Positions 28,261-41,825 of a DNA stretch of 64,000 bases are shown one piece after another. How positions within the stretch are numbered: the first letter of the stretch is position 1; each line of letters begins with the position of its first letter. The position numbers were made by a program, and so were the translations under genes. Source of the stretch: Eledone cirrhosa. Lineage: Eukaryota. The stretch is from NCBI GenBank assembly GCA_964016885.1, contig OZ024740.1:204228001-204292000 (forward strand). The letters run 5' to 3'. Under the pieces are notes generated by a model. The model worked only from the letters and a program-made list of their open reading frames with translations, was not told where the DNA came from and made no database searches.

Positions 28261-29730
28261 GGGGGGAAGAAGACGCACATGGTGGATAGAAGGTCGTGAA
28301 ATCGCTCCCGTTAGTTTTGATTTTTTTACATATTTAAATCAATTGTGAAATAACAATTCTTAGTACAAATGATGTATAAAGCATCCGGCTTGAGTCCCCA
28401 AAAAATTCGGATCCATAATATATTGTTATATCGCTCAAATATTCAATTTTGTATTATACATTTTATATTCAAAAAAGAAAATGGTTATAAATGGAAGAAA
28501 ACCCCCTCTGTCTACACTATATAGAACAGCCAAAATAACAGCAATTTCACCAACACCAGAAACTAGATACACCACCTACCCCATCACCCCTCTGTGTACA
28601 CTAAACACAACAGCCAGATAACGGCAATTTCACCACCACCACCACCAATCTCAGCATAATAATAATAATTACTATTATTATTGTCTCAAGTTTTAACAAA
28701 ATGTTTAATAACAAAATGTTTAATTCCAATATCAAAGAAATATATCAACACATATACGCGTCTAACCCCATAGATTCTCCGATCAAACAAAAATACAGTC
28801 TATTTAACAAAACTCAGTAACGACAACGCCATCACTACAGTCACCGCCTCCGCCACCCATCCATCATTACTACCACTATCCCATCACCGCCGCCACCACT
28901 CCTTCATAGCTACCACCGCTATCCCCCCATTACCTTCTGTTAACTTACGAAAGGGGAAGATGGCGGTATCACTAGACAATATTAATAAACAAGATTAATA
29001 TTTAATTTTGGATCAGGAATGTTAGAGTCGAAAAGGAGGAAAATGACAAAATGACTAAATAACTAAAGATAATTTCACCACCAACACCACCACCACTACC
29101 ACGATGAAAACTCTGGTTAAGTCGACTCAACCGCTATTTCTACTCCAACTTCAACACCATCACTACAGTAATACGATCACACCACCACCACCACTGCCTA
29201 ATAATGATTTATCGCTACCGCCGCTATTCTCTCCCACTACCTCCTGCTAGTTGCTGCTAGCACAGCACCGCCACCACCACCACCACCACTGCCTCATTAT
29301 CCCTACCGCCGCTATTCTCTCCCGCTGCCCCCTGCTACATTGTAGAATTCACACTAAAAGAGGAAGGCATCAAAATATATAAATAGACTGAATTGATGAC
29401 CCGGTCAAAATCAAAAAAACAAAAATCAAAATCAAAGCAGCACAGCAACAACGAAAAACGTAAAGAAAATAAGAATGAAGAGAAAAACAAACAGACGGAC
29501 AGAGAAGGGAAGGGAAAAATTAAGTCAGACATTCAAACACTACATTACAATGAAACTTATGCTTATTCATTTTGGGGGTTTTTTTTGCCTGTTTGTTTGT
29601 TTATTTATGTTCGTCTACAGCGTGATAATGCCACACAAAAATCACGTGGAGTGACGAAACCACCGGAGATGATAAATTCACCGGTGGTTATGTAACCATA
29701 CATTCGCCAATCCTCGATAAGAGTGTTTAA

Positions 29731-32700
29731 ATGTCGAACCTAAACAGTTCGAATAACGGTGAAATGGAGACTAGAATGTCATGTGACAGACTCTCACCCA
29801 ACAGGTGCTCCCTGGCTCAGCAGCAGGGACCTGGCTGTCAACCAAATACTGCTGGTGTCGGAGGAAGAAGAAGAAGGAAAGGGACCAGAACCAACTGGAC
29901 GAAAGAATTGAATAGAACTGTTATGCAATGTTACCTGAAGAGTAACCCCAAGGAGAAAGGCTATAGGAAACGGATGCATAACATCTGGAACGAGATTTGT
30001 CTATTTAAATTAGATGAACAAAAATTGGCCGGGCAGGCTCGGGTAATAAGAACTAATGGGTGGATAAGCGAGCTGGAACTGGAGGAACTGAGCAGAGAGA
30101 TTAGCTTAGAGATGGAGAGTGGAGTATGCCAGGCAAACGAGCCAGTGGGAAATGAAGGTGAAGAGGTCTAGAGAACGGAGGAACCACCCGAAGCAGACAA
30201 TGATCTGAATGCTGAGATAAATAATACCTGGAACAGAGATACGGCCACTGAGGAGATGAATGCTGACGGGCTAGGACAAGATTTGGTTGATATCCTAAAC
30301 TTAGTGGTAGATGAATTGAACAATGATAGTGGGAGACCTATGAACCTAAGATTTGTAGACAGGAAAAAGTTAAAAGAAACAACAGCTAAGGTAAACAAAG
30401 TCATCCCATACCTTGAGGCGAGGAGCCTTCACCAGTGCAACAATATCCTCAAAGCAACAGCAAATACGGTGAGGAAACTACTTGGTATAAAAGCCAGAGG
30501 AAACAACAGACAAGAAAGAGCAGAGCCTTGGTGGAAGAAACGACTGAGTGGTCAAATCAGGGAAATGAGAAATGACATTGGAAAGCTTGAGTCCCTACTG
30601 AATGGGACACTAAAAAACATAGACACTAAAAATAGACTGGAAATAAAGTACAAAACTAGGAGGAAAAAGCTAAATATTATCATAAAGGAACTGAAGCAAC
30701 GCATTGTAGCAAAGAGTGCAAAAATCAGGCGATACGAGAACAGAGTCAGTCAGTATAGACAGAACCGCATGTTCGACAACAACCAGAAGATGCTGTTTGG
30801 ACAGCTTGGAGGGAAAGAAAGAGGCAACGACTTTATCCCTGAGGCGGAACAAACTAAAACATTCTGGAGAGGAATATGGGAGCAGGATGTTAAACATAAT
30901 GACCAGGCAGTGTGGATTGAGACAGTACAGAAGGAGATTGGTGAACAGGCACACCAACAAATTGATTTGAGTATCACAGTTGAAACTCTTAAGGGACAGG
31001 CCAAAAAACTAACCAACTGGAAATCACCAGGCCCAGATGGTGTGCAGGGCTATTGGATTAAAAATATAACATCCCTCCACCCGAAACTGACAACCATGTT
31101 CAATGACTGCTTGATGCCAGGTGAGGTACCAGAGTGGTTGACAAAAGGTACCACAGTTCTGATAATGAAAGACCGAATCAAGGGTAATGATGTTACCAAC
31201 TATAGACCTATCACATATCTGTCCGTAATGTGGAAACTGTTGACAAGCATTATGTCTGAGGAAATCTACCATCACCTCCACACAAACAACTTGTTACCGG
31301 ACGAACAGAAAGGATGCCGAAAGAAGTCACGTGGTACAAAGGACCAATTACTTATTGAGAAGATGGTAATGAGGAATTGCAAGAGGAAACACACTGGTCT
31401 TGCCATGGGATGGATAGACTACAAAAAGGCATTTGACATGGTGCCTCATTCTTGGATCACCAAAAGCCTGGAGATCTTCAAGGTGGCAGATAACATCAGA
31501 CAGTTGTTGGGCAAAAGTATGAAGTCCTGGGAAACAGAGTTAACATCAACTGGAGAATCCTTGGGAAGCGTGAAGATCAAGAGAGGTATCTTCCTGGGAG
31601 ATAGTCTGTCCCCTCTGTTGTTTGTCCTTGCCCTGATGCCCCTGACCAGTGTACTGCGAAAAGTGAGAGCAGGATACAGGTTGGGAAAGGGAGGGCTTAC
31701 CATCAATCACCTCCTCTTCATGGACGATCTTAAGTTCTTCGGGAAGAGTGAGAAGGAGTTGGATGTGCTTGTTGACACTGTCCGTATTTTCAGCAATGAT
31801 ATATGTATTCAATTTGGTATTAGTAAGTGTGGAGTCATTGTGATGAAGAAGGGTAAGTTGAGCAGAAGTAACGGAATCCAGGTACCAACAGGTGAGATGA
31901 TAAAGGAAATTGACTCTGAAGAAGGATACAAGTATTTGGGCGTTCTGGAGGCTGATGACATCAAGAACAAAAAAATGAAGGAATTGATAAGAACTGAATA
32001 CATTCGGAGAATAAGGAGCGTATTAAATCACATCTGAACAGTAGGAATGCCATAAGTGCAGTAAATTCCCGAGCTGTGTCTATTATTAGGTACAGTGCGG
32101 GAATTCTGAGATGGAATTTTGCTGAACAAAAAGAAATGGATAGGAAGACTAGGAAGCTATTGACTATCTACAACATGTTCCACAAGAGGAGTGATGTCGA
32201 TAGACTCTACTTAAGGAGATCTGAAGGTGAAAGAGGTCTTATCAGCATAGAGGACTGTGTTCAGATGGAGAAAAACAACCTACACAAATACGTGACTGGT
32301 AGTAAGGAGCCAATACTCAGAACTGTACTGAAGGAGGGGACAATAGGCCAGGGGATGTCCAAGGAGGAAATAACATCAAGGATAAAGAGCAGCCTTCAGG
32401 AAAAATCCCTTCATAGTACCTTCTTTGAGAAAACTAAATTTAGAGATCCACAGACATGGAACTGGTTGAAAAGAGGAGACCTTAAAAAGGCTACAGAAGG
32501 AATGTTAATGGCTGCGCAGGAGCAGGCCCTCAAAACGAAATGGTTGAAACACCATATTTACAAGGAGGAGGCTAGCCCACTGTGCAGGATCTGTGGAGAG
32601 AGAGAGGAGACTGTGGCTCACATTGTATCCGAGTGTAAACACCTAGCCCAGACTCACTATAAGGGCTGGAGACATGATGTGATGGGCAGGGTGATCCACT

Positions 32701-33265
32701 GGCACCTATGCAAAGTAAACAATTTACCACATTCTGAGAAATGGTATGAGCATAAGCCAGAGGCTGTGATAGAAAACGATCAGGTGAAGGTGCTGTGGGA
32801 TTTTAGGATACAGACGGACAAGAAACTGGAACACAATAGACCTGACCTGGTGGTTGTGGACAAAGAAAAAAGATCGTGCCTGATTGTGGATGTGGCCTGC
32901 CCATTCGACACGAGAGTGCAAGAGAAGGAGAAGGAGAAAATTAACCGATACCAGGACTTAAAGTGGGAGGTAAAGAGGATTTGGAACGGCCATGAAGTCA
33001 AAGTGATCCCGATTGTCATAGACGCACTAGGGACTATCTCAAAAAGTTTCCAGGGATGGTTAAAGAAAATTGGCCCCTTCACGCTTTTTGGAACGCTTCA
33101 AAAGGCATGCTTGCTTGGAACAGCAAGAACCCTCCGATACGTCCTGAATATCTGAGGCTGCAGGTAGTGGCTTGATATTCATTCCAACGGACTTTCCAGT
33201 TAACTAACATCAATGACTGAGACTCAAAGAACAATAATAATAATAATAATGATAATAATAATAAT
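29731..33265 (+). mobile_element. Near full-length Dong/R4-clade non-LTR retrotransposon (RT, CCHC, restriction-like endonuclease)
   Basis: One ORF broken by an in-frame TAG at 30169 and a frameshift near 32030. Motifs KSPGPDG, DYKKAFD, LLFMDD, CRIC...H...C, HNRPDLVV, VDVACP. (TAA)n 3' tail. Confidence 0.92.
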
Positions 33266-33821
33266 GGTTTCTTATATAGGCACAAGGCCAGCAATTTTGG
33301 GGGAGGGGAAAGTCGATTAAATCGGCTCCAGTACGTGACTGGTACTTTATTTTATCGACCTCGTAAGGATGAAAGGCAAAGTTAACCTCGGCGGGATTTG
33401 AACTCAGAATGGAAAGGGCCGTAACTTTATGCGTCAAAGCATGGCGTCCGACCCTCTACCGATACTTCCAATCCAATAATAATAACTATGGACGAGGTGA
33501 TAAATTTTCATTAATTTTGTTCAGGTGTAACGCACGTTTCGCGATTGATCATCTCAAGGTTCGATCTCTATCGATCAGGTCCGACTCTGGAATGAAAAGC
33601 TCATCAGACCTCTGTTATCTTAATAATATTACATTCTCGTTAGTACATACTGGAGACTATGTATCGAGTGCCCACTTTAGTGAACCAACAATAACCTGAC
33701 GTTATAATCCCTAAACTATGTCTATGTATATATATATATATAATCTACCAAATCATAATATTATAAAATTAAATCAAATTGTTTAGAACTACAAGTGAAG
33801 TCATTCTTTTCCTATTTTTAA

Positions 33822-33890
<69 letters not shown>

Positions 33891-33894
<4 letters not shown>

Positions 33895-34692
33895 AATTTT
33901 AGTACAGCATTAACGAAGCTTTAGGCTGCGGCTAAGCTAACGAATACAAATTCGGTATGTTGCTTTAGCACTCGATAGAGAATAATACCCCAGAGTAATA
34001 ACAATACGTTTAGACAGCTTTGCAAATCAAATATAGCGATCGGCAGTCCAGCCGCATTGCCATAGCAACGAAAATGGTTGGACTCAGGAAAAGATTTTAG
34101 ACTGACCTGGACCATCGCGCGGAGACCGAATGCAATATATAATGCATATCGTATAGCATACGATATACATCACATACAACATACAACATCCACGTTAGGT
34201 TTCTGTAAATCCGAGATCGACTAATTCCGCTTGCAGGGGTCTACAAGTTAATGGCCTTTGACGACAGAACAAAGGATTTACTTCTTCAACAAGTCTTGTG
34301 TTCTTTAGCCTCAGCGGGTGTGTTCTAGCAGTAAATTTCGCTATAGACACGTGGTTTTCTCCAAGGGAGGTAACCCACGTTTTGGCGGTGAATTCGAAAT
34401 TTGTGACAAAGGAATGAAATTCCTTTAGACTAACCGAATTAAGCACTCAACCAGAAGTTATCAAACAAACATAAACAATTAATCAATCAATAGAATTGTC
34501 TAATTAAATTAATCAGTTAATCGTTAATTCTAGGAGTTAAAATACAAATTTTAGTACAGCATTAACGAAGCTTTAGGCTGCGGCTAAGCTAACGAATGCA
34601 AATTCGGAATGTAGCTTTAGCACTCGATAGAGAATAATACCCCAGTGTAATAACAATATGTTTAGACAGCTTTTCAAATCAAATATAGCGAT
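33891..34692. mobile_element. Non-coding element with 150-bp terminal direct repeats (652-nt period) in (TA)n
   Basis: 33891-34040 matches 34543-34692 with few mismatches; (TA)n on both sides; GAGTGCT motif on the minus strand. Confidence 0.7.
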
Positions 34693-34708
34693 ATATATAT
34701 ATATATAT

Positions 34709-34906
34709 GAAAAAGTATGACCCCGACGGCAGAGCTCAAGCCGTTTCGACGGCTATTTCTGGACTGAAATACCAGTCCAGAAATAGCAGTCCAGAATGAG
34801 CTCTGCCTTCGAGGTCATACTTTTTCCTATTTCCCACTCTACTACCCTAAGTATTGAGTACTCTGGTGCGTTATGGTCCATCTGGTTCCTTACCACAATT
34901 CCTTTG

Positions 34907-34908
<2 letters not shown>
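34709..34908 (+). mobile_element. Fold-back mini-element containing the 3' half of a hammerhead; second copy at 52109-52289 (-), tail fragment at 52356-52409
   Basis: Hairpin 34709-34826 plus tail with gagtactc; GAAA-cggc...gccg-TC in the arms; (TA)n flanks. Confidence 0.7.
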
Positions 34909-34942
<34 letters not shown>

Positions 34943-35053
34943 ATTAGAATTGGTGCTCTGAAATAGCGATATATATATGAATGTATATATAGTGTATTTT
35001 GCAATACACTGTATGCTTAATTAATATATATATAAACTTTTTAATAACAACTA

Positions 35054-35990
35054 CGCAGGTGGGCTGAAAAGTTTATAAGCTGACTATAAAGGAGTGATGC
35101 TAGAGCTGTGAAATATTGCATACATTAATTTCAACTCTTCTTATTAATTTCAACTCTTCTTATTAATAACTGTATTGTTTTTTCAGGTAAACTGACATAT
35201 GACTGTTCAAAGAAGACTTCAAAAGTAATTAGCAGTGACAAAATTTGGCATCGTGGTGTTATCAAATACCTGCAGGAAAAGAGTTTAGCCCCTAAGGACA
35301 TTCATGCTGACATGGTTGCTACATAAGGGGATGATTCTCCAGCTTTATCAACAGTGCAAAAGTTGGCAGGTGAATTTAGAAGGGGAAGGGAGAGTCATGA
35401 AGATGACCGAAGGTCTGGATGTCCTGCAATTGCCACACCGAGGAAAACATTGATCGTGTTCACCACATGGTGATGGATGACAGCCGATTGATTATAAATC
35501 AAATAGTTAATGCTATTAGCATATCCTCTGAGAGACTTGAGAATATTCTGCACAATGAACTTGGCATGATGAAGTTTTCTCATTGGAGGGTACCACGTAT
35601 CTGACACCTGTTCAAAAGTGCACCAGGCTGATCACATCATGGGAAAATCTGATATTGTTTGAGTCAGATCCAACTGGTTTCCTTGAACATTTCTTAACCC
35701 GGGATGCGTGTTGAGCCAGAGACAAAGAGACAATCCATGCAGTAGAAACACCCCCTCCTCACCTGCTCCAAAGAAGGCCAAGGTCGTGTCGGCTGCAGGG
35801 TAGGTGATGGTCTCAGTTTTGGGGGATGTAAAAGGAATTGTGTTTATTGACTATCTTCAAAAGGGCCACACCATCAATGCAGAGTGCTATGCCAACTTGC
35901 TGAGGCAGTTACAAAAGGCTATCAATACCAAACGCCCAGGAAAACTGACAAAAGTGATCCTATTTCATCAGGACAATGCTCCAGCACACC
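35054..35990 (+). mobile_element. Mariner transposon, degraded and 3'-truncated
   Basis: TA-cgcaggtgggctgaaaagtt left TIR; WRVPR, GIVFIDYLQKGHTIN and FHQDNAPAH motifs. Confidence 0.85.
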
Positions 35991-36648
35991 TTTATGTCAT
36001 AAGCTGCCGAGGTTGCCACGAATATTATATATGACAGACGAGCTGACTCTCCGACAAATAATGGCAGTTCATAGGCAGCAAATCAGAACCCCGTATACTA
36101 GAAAGATCCCTCTAAGCAAACATATAGAAGATATTTTCCTATTGTACCAATGTAGTTATGAAATCACAGAATAAGGTTGAAATAATAAAGATAAAATGTT
36201 CATCAGAAAATTAAAACAAGTTTGAACTCACTTGCAACATAAGTTTTTTCAACACTAAAAGAAGGTAGAGTCACGCCCCTTGTCACAGATTTGAAAACAA
36301 ATTTACACACAAGCGACAACAAAAAAATCAGTTGTATCCTTTACTTTAGCAAGGACAGAAACGACCCAAACCATGTAATCTAAAATCAGCATGCAGGAGT
36401 TTTAACGAAAAAACAATTTAACTCAATAATAAATGTTTTGAAGATCCAAAACGGAGAAAGCAAGCTTTGCTAACATCAAATTTTTGTACACGCTATAAAG
36501 ATCATTTATATATATATACCAGGTGCTCTTTTTGAACCCTTTTTTTATTTATCATGTTCCTTATATATGTGTGGTGGTGGTAGGGGGGGGGGTGATTAAG
36601 TTGAATAAATTACTGAAGTATTTTTTTATTGTATTTTTTTCTTTCTAG

Positions 36649-36796
36649 ATAGATATATAATTGACCAAATCAAGGTTTTATTAGTGGAAGGTACAAAAGG
36701 AACAGTAAATATTATTACAAATGGCACTAAAGCGATATTAACTCAAATCATATCTAACCGTATAGCAGAAGCACTCTGTAGGTCAAATGGTTTTAG
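36649..36796 (+). CDS. Divergent SRCR-like exon, first half of domain 4
   Basis: Strong polypyrimidine tract ctttctag|AT...AG|gtaag; RYIIDQIKVLLVEGTKGTVNIITNGTKAILTQIISNRIAEALCRSNGF; phase 1 in, phase 2 out; A..LCR..GF ending conserved. Confidence 0.75.
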
Positions 36797-36829
36797 GTAA
36801 GTTATGACTTTTGAATCTGTTGGCGATGC

Positions 36830-37200
36830 TGGTGTTGGTGGTGCGGCGGGGGGTTGTGTTTCGTAGTGTGACCCCTCCTCCCTGGCCCCTTCACAGTGTG
36901 GTGGTGGCGGCGGCAGTGGTGGTGGTGGTGGTGGTGGTGGTGGTGGTGGTGGTGGTGGTGGTGGTGGCGGCGGCGGCGGCGGTTTTGGTGGTGGGGTTGT
37001 GTTTTGTAGTGTGAACGCTCCTCTCGGGCCCCTTTACAGTGTGGTGGTGGTGGTAGTGGTGGAGATGTAGGGATTGTTGTGGATCGTGGTGTGAACGCTC
37101 GTCTCTAGCCCCTTCGCAATGTGGTGGTGGCAATAGTTTCTTGGCCTCTTCATAGTGTGTGATGGTGGAGTATGGTTTGTTGTTGGTCGTGAAGTGAATG
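36830..37200. repeat. (GGT)n microsatellite with degenerate longer units
   Basis: Repeated gtgtgaacgctc...gcccctt...gtgtggtggtgg. Confidence 0.7.
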
Positions 37201-37369
37201 CTCCTTTCTTAGCCCCTTCACCGATTCCGAGAGAGAGGAGGTACAGGCAGACAGACAGAGAGAGGGACAGATAGACAGGGAGAGGGATTAACACTAGTAT
37301 TTGGGTCGTACTTCATTTATCGATCTGGGAATTATGAAAAGCAAAATTGGAATTGAACACGAAGCCGGA

Positions 37370-37872
37370 ATCATTCTATCTGATGCCCTAATGAATACCG
37401 CAGATCTTTCTATCTGATGCCCTAATGAATACTGCAGATCATTCTATCTGATGTCCTAATGAATACCGCAGATCTTTCTATCTGATGTCCTAATGAATAC
37501 TGCAGATCTTTCTATCTGATGTCCTAATGAATACTGCAGATCATTCTATCTGATGTCCTAATGAATACTGCAGATCTTTCTATCTGATGTCCTAATGAAT
37601 ACTGCAGATCATTCTATCTGATGTCCTAATGAATACCGCAGATCATTCTATCTGATGTCCTAATGAATACTGCAGATCTTTCTATCTGATGTCCTAATGA
37701 ATACTGCAGATCTTTCTATCTGATGTCCTAATGAATACCGCAGATCATTCTATCTGATGTCCTAATGAATACCGCAGATCATTCTATCTGATGTCCTAAT
37801 GAATACCGCAGATCTTTCTATCTGATGTCCTAATGAATACCGCAGATCTTTCTATCTGATGTCCTAATGAAT
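37370..37872 (+). repeat. 34-bp minisatellite, ~15 copies
   Basis: gatcWttctatctgatgtcctaatgaatacYgca head-to-tail, no spacers. Confidence 0.95.
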
Positions 37873-38789
37873 TCGCTGTTTTTGTCTTTGTTGCGATGCT
37901 TATATTTTTGCGGTAGCTTATCTTTAATAAGAATAGATTGTTGTTTTATTTCATTTGCAATGCTGTTCTATTTCAAAATGTTGAATCTTATTATTGTTTG
38001 TTATAAATCTCCGTATATAGATAGGAGCTTCTCAGAGAGGTCCATATAGACCCCTAAGGGTGAATAAAAGCTTAGTGGTCTACATGGGGAGAATTTATTT
38101 GTTTAGATTTATTAATTCCTTTATAACGGGAGAAAAGCTCACTGGATCATGTAGACTAGCTGTCGTATACTATCGTATACTATTAATGTCGTTCAAAGAT
38201 TCAGATTTTTTCGGCGTCGTTAACGATGCATATAACCATATTTTCATATTATCGTGAATGATAGCCGCTGGGTTTAACGATATGCATTATTTACTAAGCA
38301 GAGAATCACTTTGAACATAGAACGTGGTGATTTGCGACTCAAACTTATAATCGTACAATCTAATATTTGTGATGTTCGTGCCCACAATACCTATCCCTCC
38401 CATAAAAAAATAATCCAAGCATTAACGCTACGTTTACATTAATAATTTACTGACTCTTTTCTCATCTAAGTTGTATTAAATGTTTGTAAATTAGATATGT
38501 TATATAATATTATATTCGATTAATTTCTTTGGAGATGAACAAAAATTGGAGATGTTGCGGCAGTGACATCCTTAAGAACAGACAGATACACTAGTTCTGA
38601 CCTGACTCTCACTTTTGGCACCGAGACCTTTCTCGGCCAAACCCCAGTAGCTACTTTTTACTAGCCTGCTACATTTAATGAGGTAGAATGAAGAAGGAGC
38701 AATGAGAAGACGAAGCAAAACAATCCCGGCCCAACAACATCAATGACTGGACAACACCCTCCAGTCACAGGTCACCAATCCGTGGCTGA

Positions 38790-39875
38790 TGATACGCAAA
38801 AAGGCTCTGAAACTTCACCATTTGCGTATATTTCTTGACGGTGGATAGGTAATGTCACCATTTATGAGGCACATCTTTCTGCAGCTCGTCTCTTTGACCG
38901 AACTGCAGTTGTGGGTCAGGCGAAGACCGAGACTGAGCGCCTGGCGTCTGGAATGTTGTCAGGTGCTCACAGCCCTCAACCAATCGGGCAATGCAGTCAG
39001 TGGAAATTCCACCTTAGCGTTTTTATAGAGGGTTAGTGGTGGCCATGTTCAACAACGATTTCGGGAGACTCTAAGTGTCGATGAGAACGAACTAACCAGT
39101 CAGTTCCAGAGGACGTTTGGTTTTGGCCTGTGGTTAATTTCCAGGAATACCCTGGCTTGGTATGCTACCGGAAGCACTGCTGGAGCCAGATAAACTTTAC
39201 AGGCCCAGAAGTGCTGTTAGATGGACCTATCCGAGATGCGGGCAGACCGACGAAACCATTCTACACGCACTCGCCCAGTGTCGGGACATCGCTGGCTTGT
39301 GAAGCTTTGTCAAACAACTATTTTTGCGTGTGAAACGGATCCGGCTATCAGCTGACTCCACCGCCATCTTATTTTGGCTGGCAAAGGCATATAGCTTTCC
39401 TCTGTCAGGTATCTGCAGAAATAGAAGCTGTGTGGTGAATGCGACTGGAAGGACTGAAGACAGGCACTTCCTCTTCGGCCAAGCCCTCATCAACTTTTTC
39501 CAAGTTCCACTTGGAAAGAAGGTGCGGTTGAGGGAGGGGGTATTGGCCTCCAGTACATTTGTTAAAAGGTGGGTGAATGAAGTGAGGATGTCTCGAGTAA
39601 ATGGCCCTACTTTGAGCATGCGTCTGTAGACTGGAGAGTTCAGAGAAGAAAAGGACACCTTCCTCTGGTGATCTTGATGATTAAGGGGGCTTCGGATCTG
39701 TGGAGTTCCCAAACTACCCCTGAGTGGTTCACACTCCTATCGGGGAATTCTCTTGATATTTATTTATTGTTAATTGTTTTGTTTTCCTTGTTTTACACGT
39801 TTTATGTAAATCCTCAGTCCCTGCCCTTTTGTCCTGTATATTTCGGCCTTTGTGGCCAATAAAGAAATAATAATA
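38790..39875 (+). mobile_element. Tx1/L1-like LINE 3' fragment
   Basis: PRCGQTDETILHALAQC zinc-finger remnant near 39230-39290; T-rich 3' UTR; aataaag plus (TAA) tail. Confidence 0.6.
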
Positions 39876-39984
39876 CTATTATTATATATATATATTTTTT
39901 TTATTTCGTGTTGTTATTGCATTACCGAACACAATTCTGTGTGCCACCAAAACGTATAGTGTCATTTTATTGTTATTATTTCTA

Positions 39985-40370
39985 GGCAGTATCGGTAGAG
40001 AGTCGGACGCCATGCTTTGACACATAGAGTTACGGCCCTTGCTATTCTGAGTTCAAATCCCGCCGAGGTTAACTTTGCCATTCATCCTTACGGGGGTCGA
40101 TAAAATAAAGTACCAGTAATGCACTGGGGTAATTGCTGGCCTTGTGCCAATAGTAGAAACAATTATTTCTAAAGGGCGATGGATTGGCAGTATCGGTAGA
40201 ACGTCAGACGCCATGTTTTGCAGGATAGAGTTTTGGCCCCTTATGTTCTGAGTTCAAATCCCGCCGAGGTTAGCTTTGCCTTTCATCCTTATGGGGGTCG
40301 ATAAAATAAAGTACCAGTAAAGCACTGGGGTAATTGTTGACCTTGTGCCAAAATTAGAAACAATTATTTC
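39985..40370 (+). mobile_element. Two head-to-tail SINE copies
   Basis: ggcagtatcggtaga...agaaacaattatttcta occurs twice. Confidence 0.85.
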
Positions 40371-40399
40371 TATTGAATTGAGAGTACTCTTCTTAATAT

Positions 40400-41130
40400 G
40401 TGTGCAGTGCCTTGTAGTGATATTTTCTGTATGCTGTATATATTTGTTAGTCCTGGGGTTTTGGTTAGGTATATGTCTTTTGTTTTATCATTCCTAGAGT
40501 ACCTATTATTATAGGGATTGTTTCTGTTTTCATCATCCGCATTCGTGTTATTCCTACCTTCAGATCTTTATATTTGAATAATTTCTCAATTTCCTTGATG
40601 GATATATTGTCATTGATGGAGATAAATATATCAACTAGAAGACATATATTTCTTTGTGGTCTTTGACTATAATATCTCGTCGGTTGGTTTTGCTATCCCT
40701 CTCTGTATGTATTGGTATATGTCAGAGTATGGTTGCTTTGTCATTCTCTGACACCTTTTCTTGTGTATGTTTCTACCATCATTTTTATGTTGGTATTTCG
40801 TAGTGTTGGCATACATTCCAATGAATGTAAATCTATCATGGCTGTGGATATATTCTATTCTTTTTTTTTTTTTTGGCTAAGAGTGGACAGCGAGAGATAA
40901 TGTGGTTACTTTTTTCTTCCCTATCACCGCATATTCTGCAGTTATTGTGTTGATTCATTATGTACTTTTAGAAGTTGATCTTGTGATGCAATTAGATATC
41001 CTTCGGTCTCAGCTTTTAGTAGAGTGATCCTTTACCAGTTTTATGAATTTTACTTGTCCACACCTCCCTTTTCAGTTTTTTCGGGCATTGACCATGTAGA
41101 GATTTTTTGTCATCATTTTAGCATAGCATT
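40400..41130 (-). mobile_element. Degraded Dong/R4-like 3' fragment
   Basis: NRRDIIVKD...LLVDI and CRICGD-like remnants on the minus strand. Confidence 0.55.
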
Positions 41131-41139
41131 CTACTTGAA

Positions 41140-41820
41140 TTGGTAGTATCGATAGAACGTCGGAGAACATGCTTTGCAGCATATTGTTACTGAAGTTAGC
41201 TTTGCTTTTCATCCTTACGGGGTTGATGAAATAAAATACCAGTAATGTACTGGAGTCGATTTTATCGACTTTCCCATCCCCTTCAAATTCCTGGACTTGT
41301 GCCTAAAGTAGAAATCATTATTATTATTACTATTGCTGTTGGAGGGCGGTGGATTGGCAGTATCAGTAGAGGATCGGACGCCATGCTTTGCAGCATAGAG
41401 TTACGGTTCTTTATGATTTGAGTTCAAATCCTGCCGAGGTTAACTTTGCCTTTCATGCTTATGGGGTCGATAAAATAAAGTACCAGTTACGCACTGGGGT
41501 CGATTTAATCGACTTTCCCTTCCCCCCAAATTACTGGTCTTGTGCCTATATAAGAAACCATTATTACTATTGCTGTGACAGGGCGGTGGATTGGCAGTAT
41601 CGGTAGAGGGTCGGACGCCATGCTTTCCAGCATAGTTACGTCCCTTTACGATCTGAGTTCAAATCCCGCCGAGGTTGACTTTGCCTTTCATCCTTACGGG
41701 GTCGATAAAATAAAGTACCAGTAATGCACTGGGTAATTGCTGGCCTTGTGCCTGAAGTAGAAACAATTATTACTATTGCTGTTGTTGTTATTGTTATTAT
41801 TGTTGTTATTATTATTATCT
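41140..41820 (+). mobile_element. Three head-to-tail SINE copies ending at a splice acceptor
   Basis: SINE core at ~41140, 41342 and 41580; the (TTA/TTG)n tail runs to ttcag at 41825. Confidence 0.85.
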
Positions 41821-41825
41821 TTCAG

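Noticed and set aside
28500-29340. ~85-bp duplication and (ACC)n-rich tract as mucin-like linker exons of the SRCR gene
   Set aside because: No clear acceptor/donor pair with an open phase 1-1 frame; treated as low-complexity DNA, though RNA-seq could overturn this.
37370-37872. 34-bp repeats as a CRISPR array or tandem hammerheads
   Set aside because: No unique spacers and a eukaryotic context. ctgatgt...gaat lacks the CTGANGA/GAAA core and stem II.
39227-39712. 161-aa minus-strand ORF as a gene
   Set aside because: Antisense to a degraded Tx1-like 3' fragment; no motif of its own.
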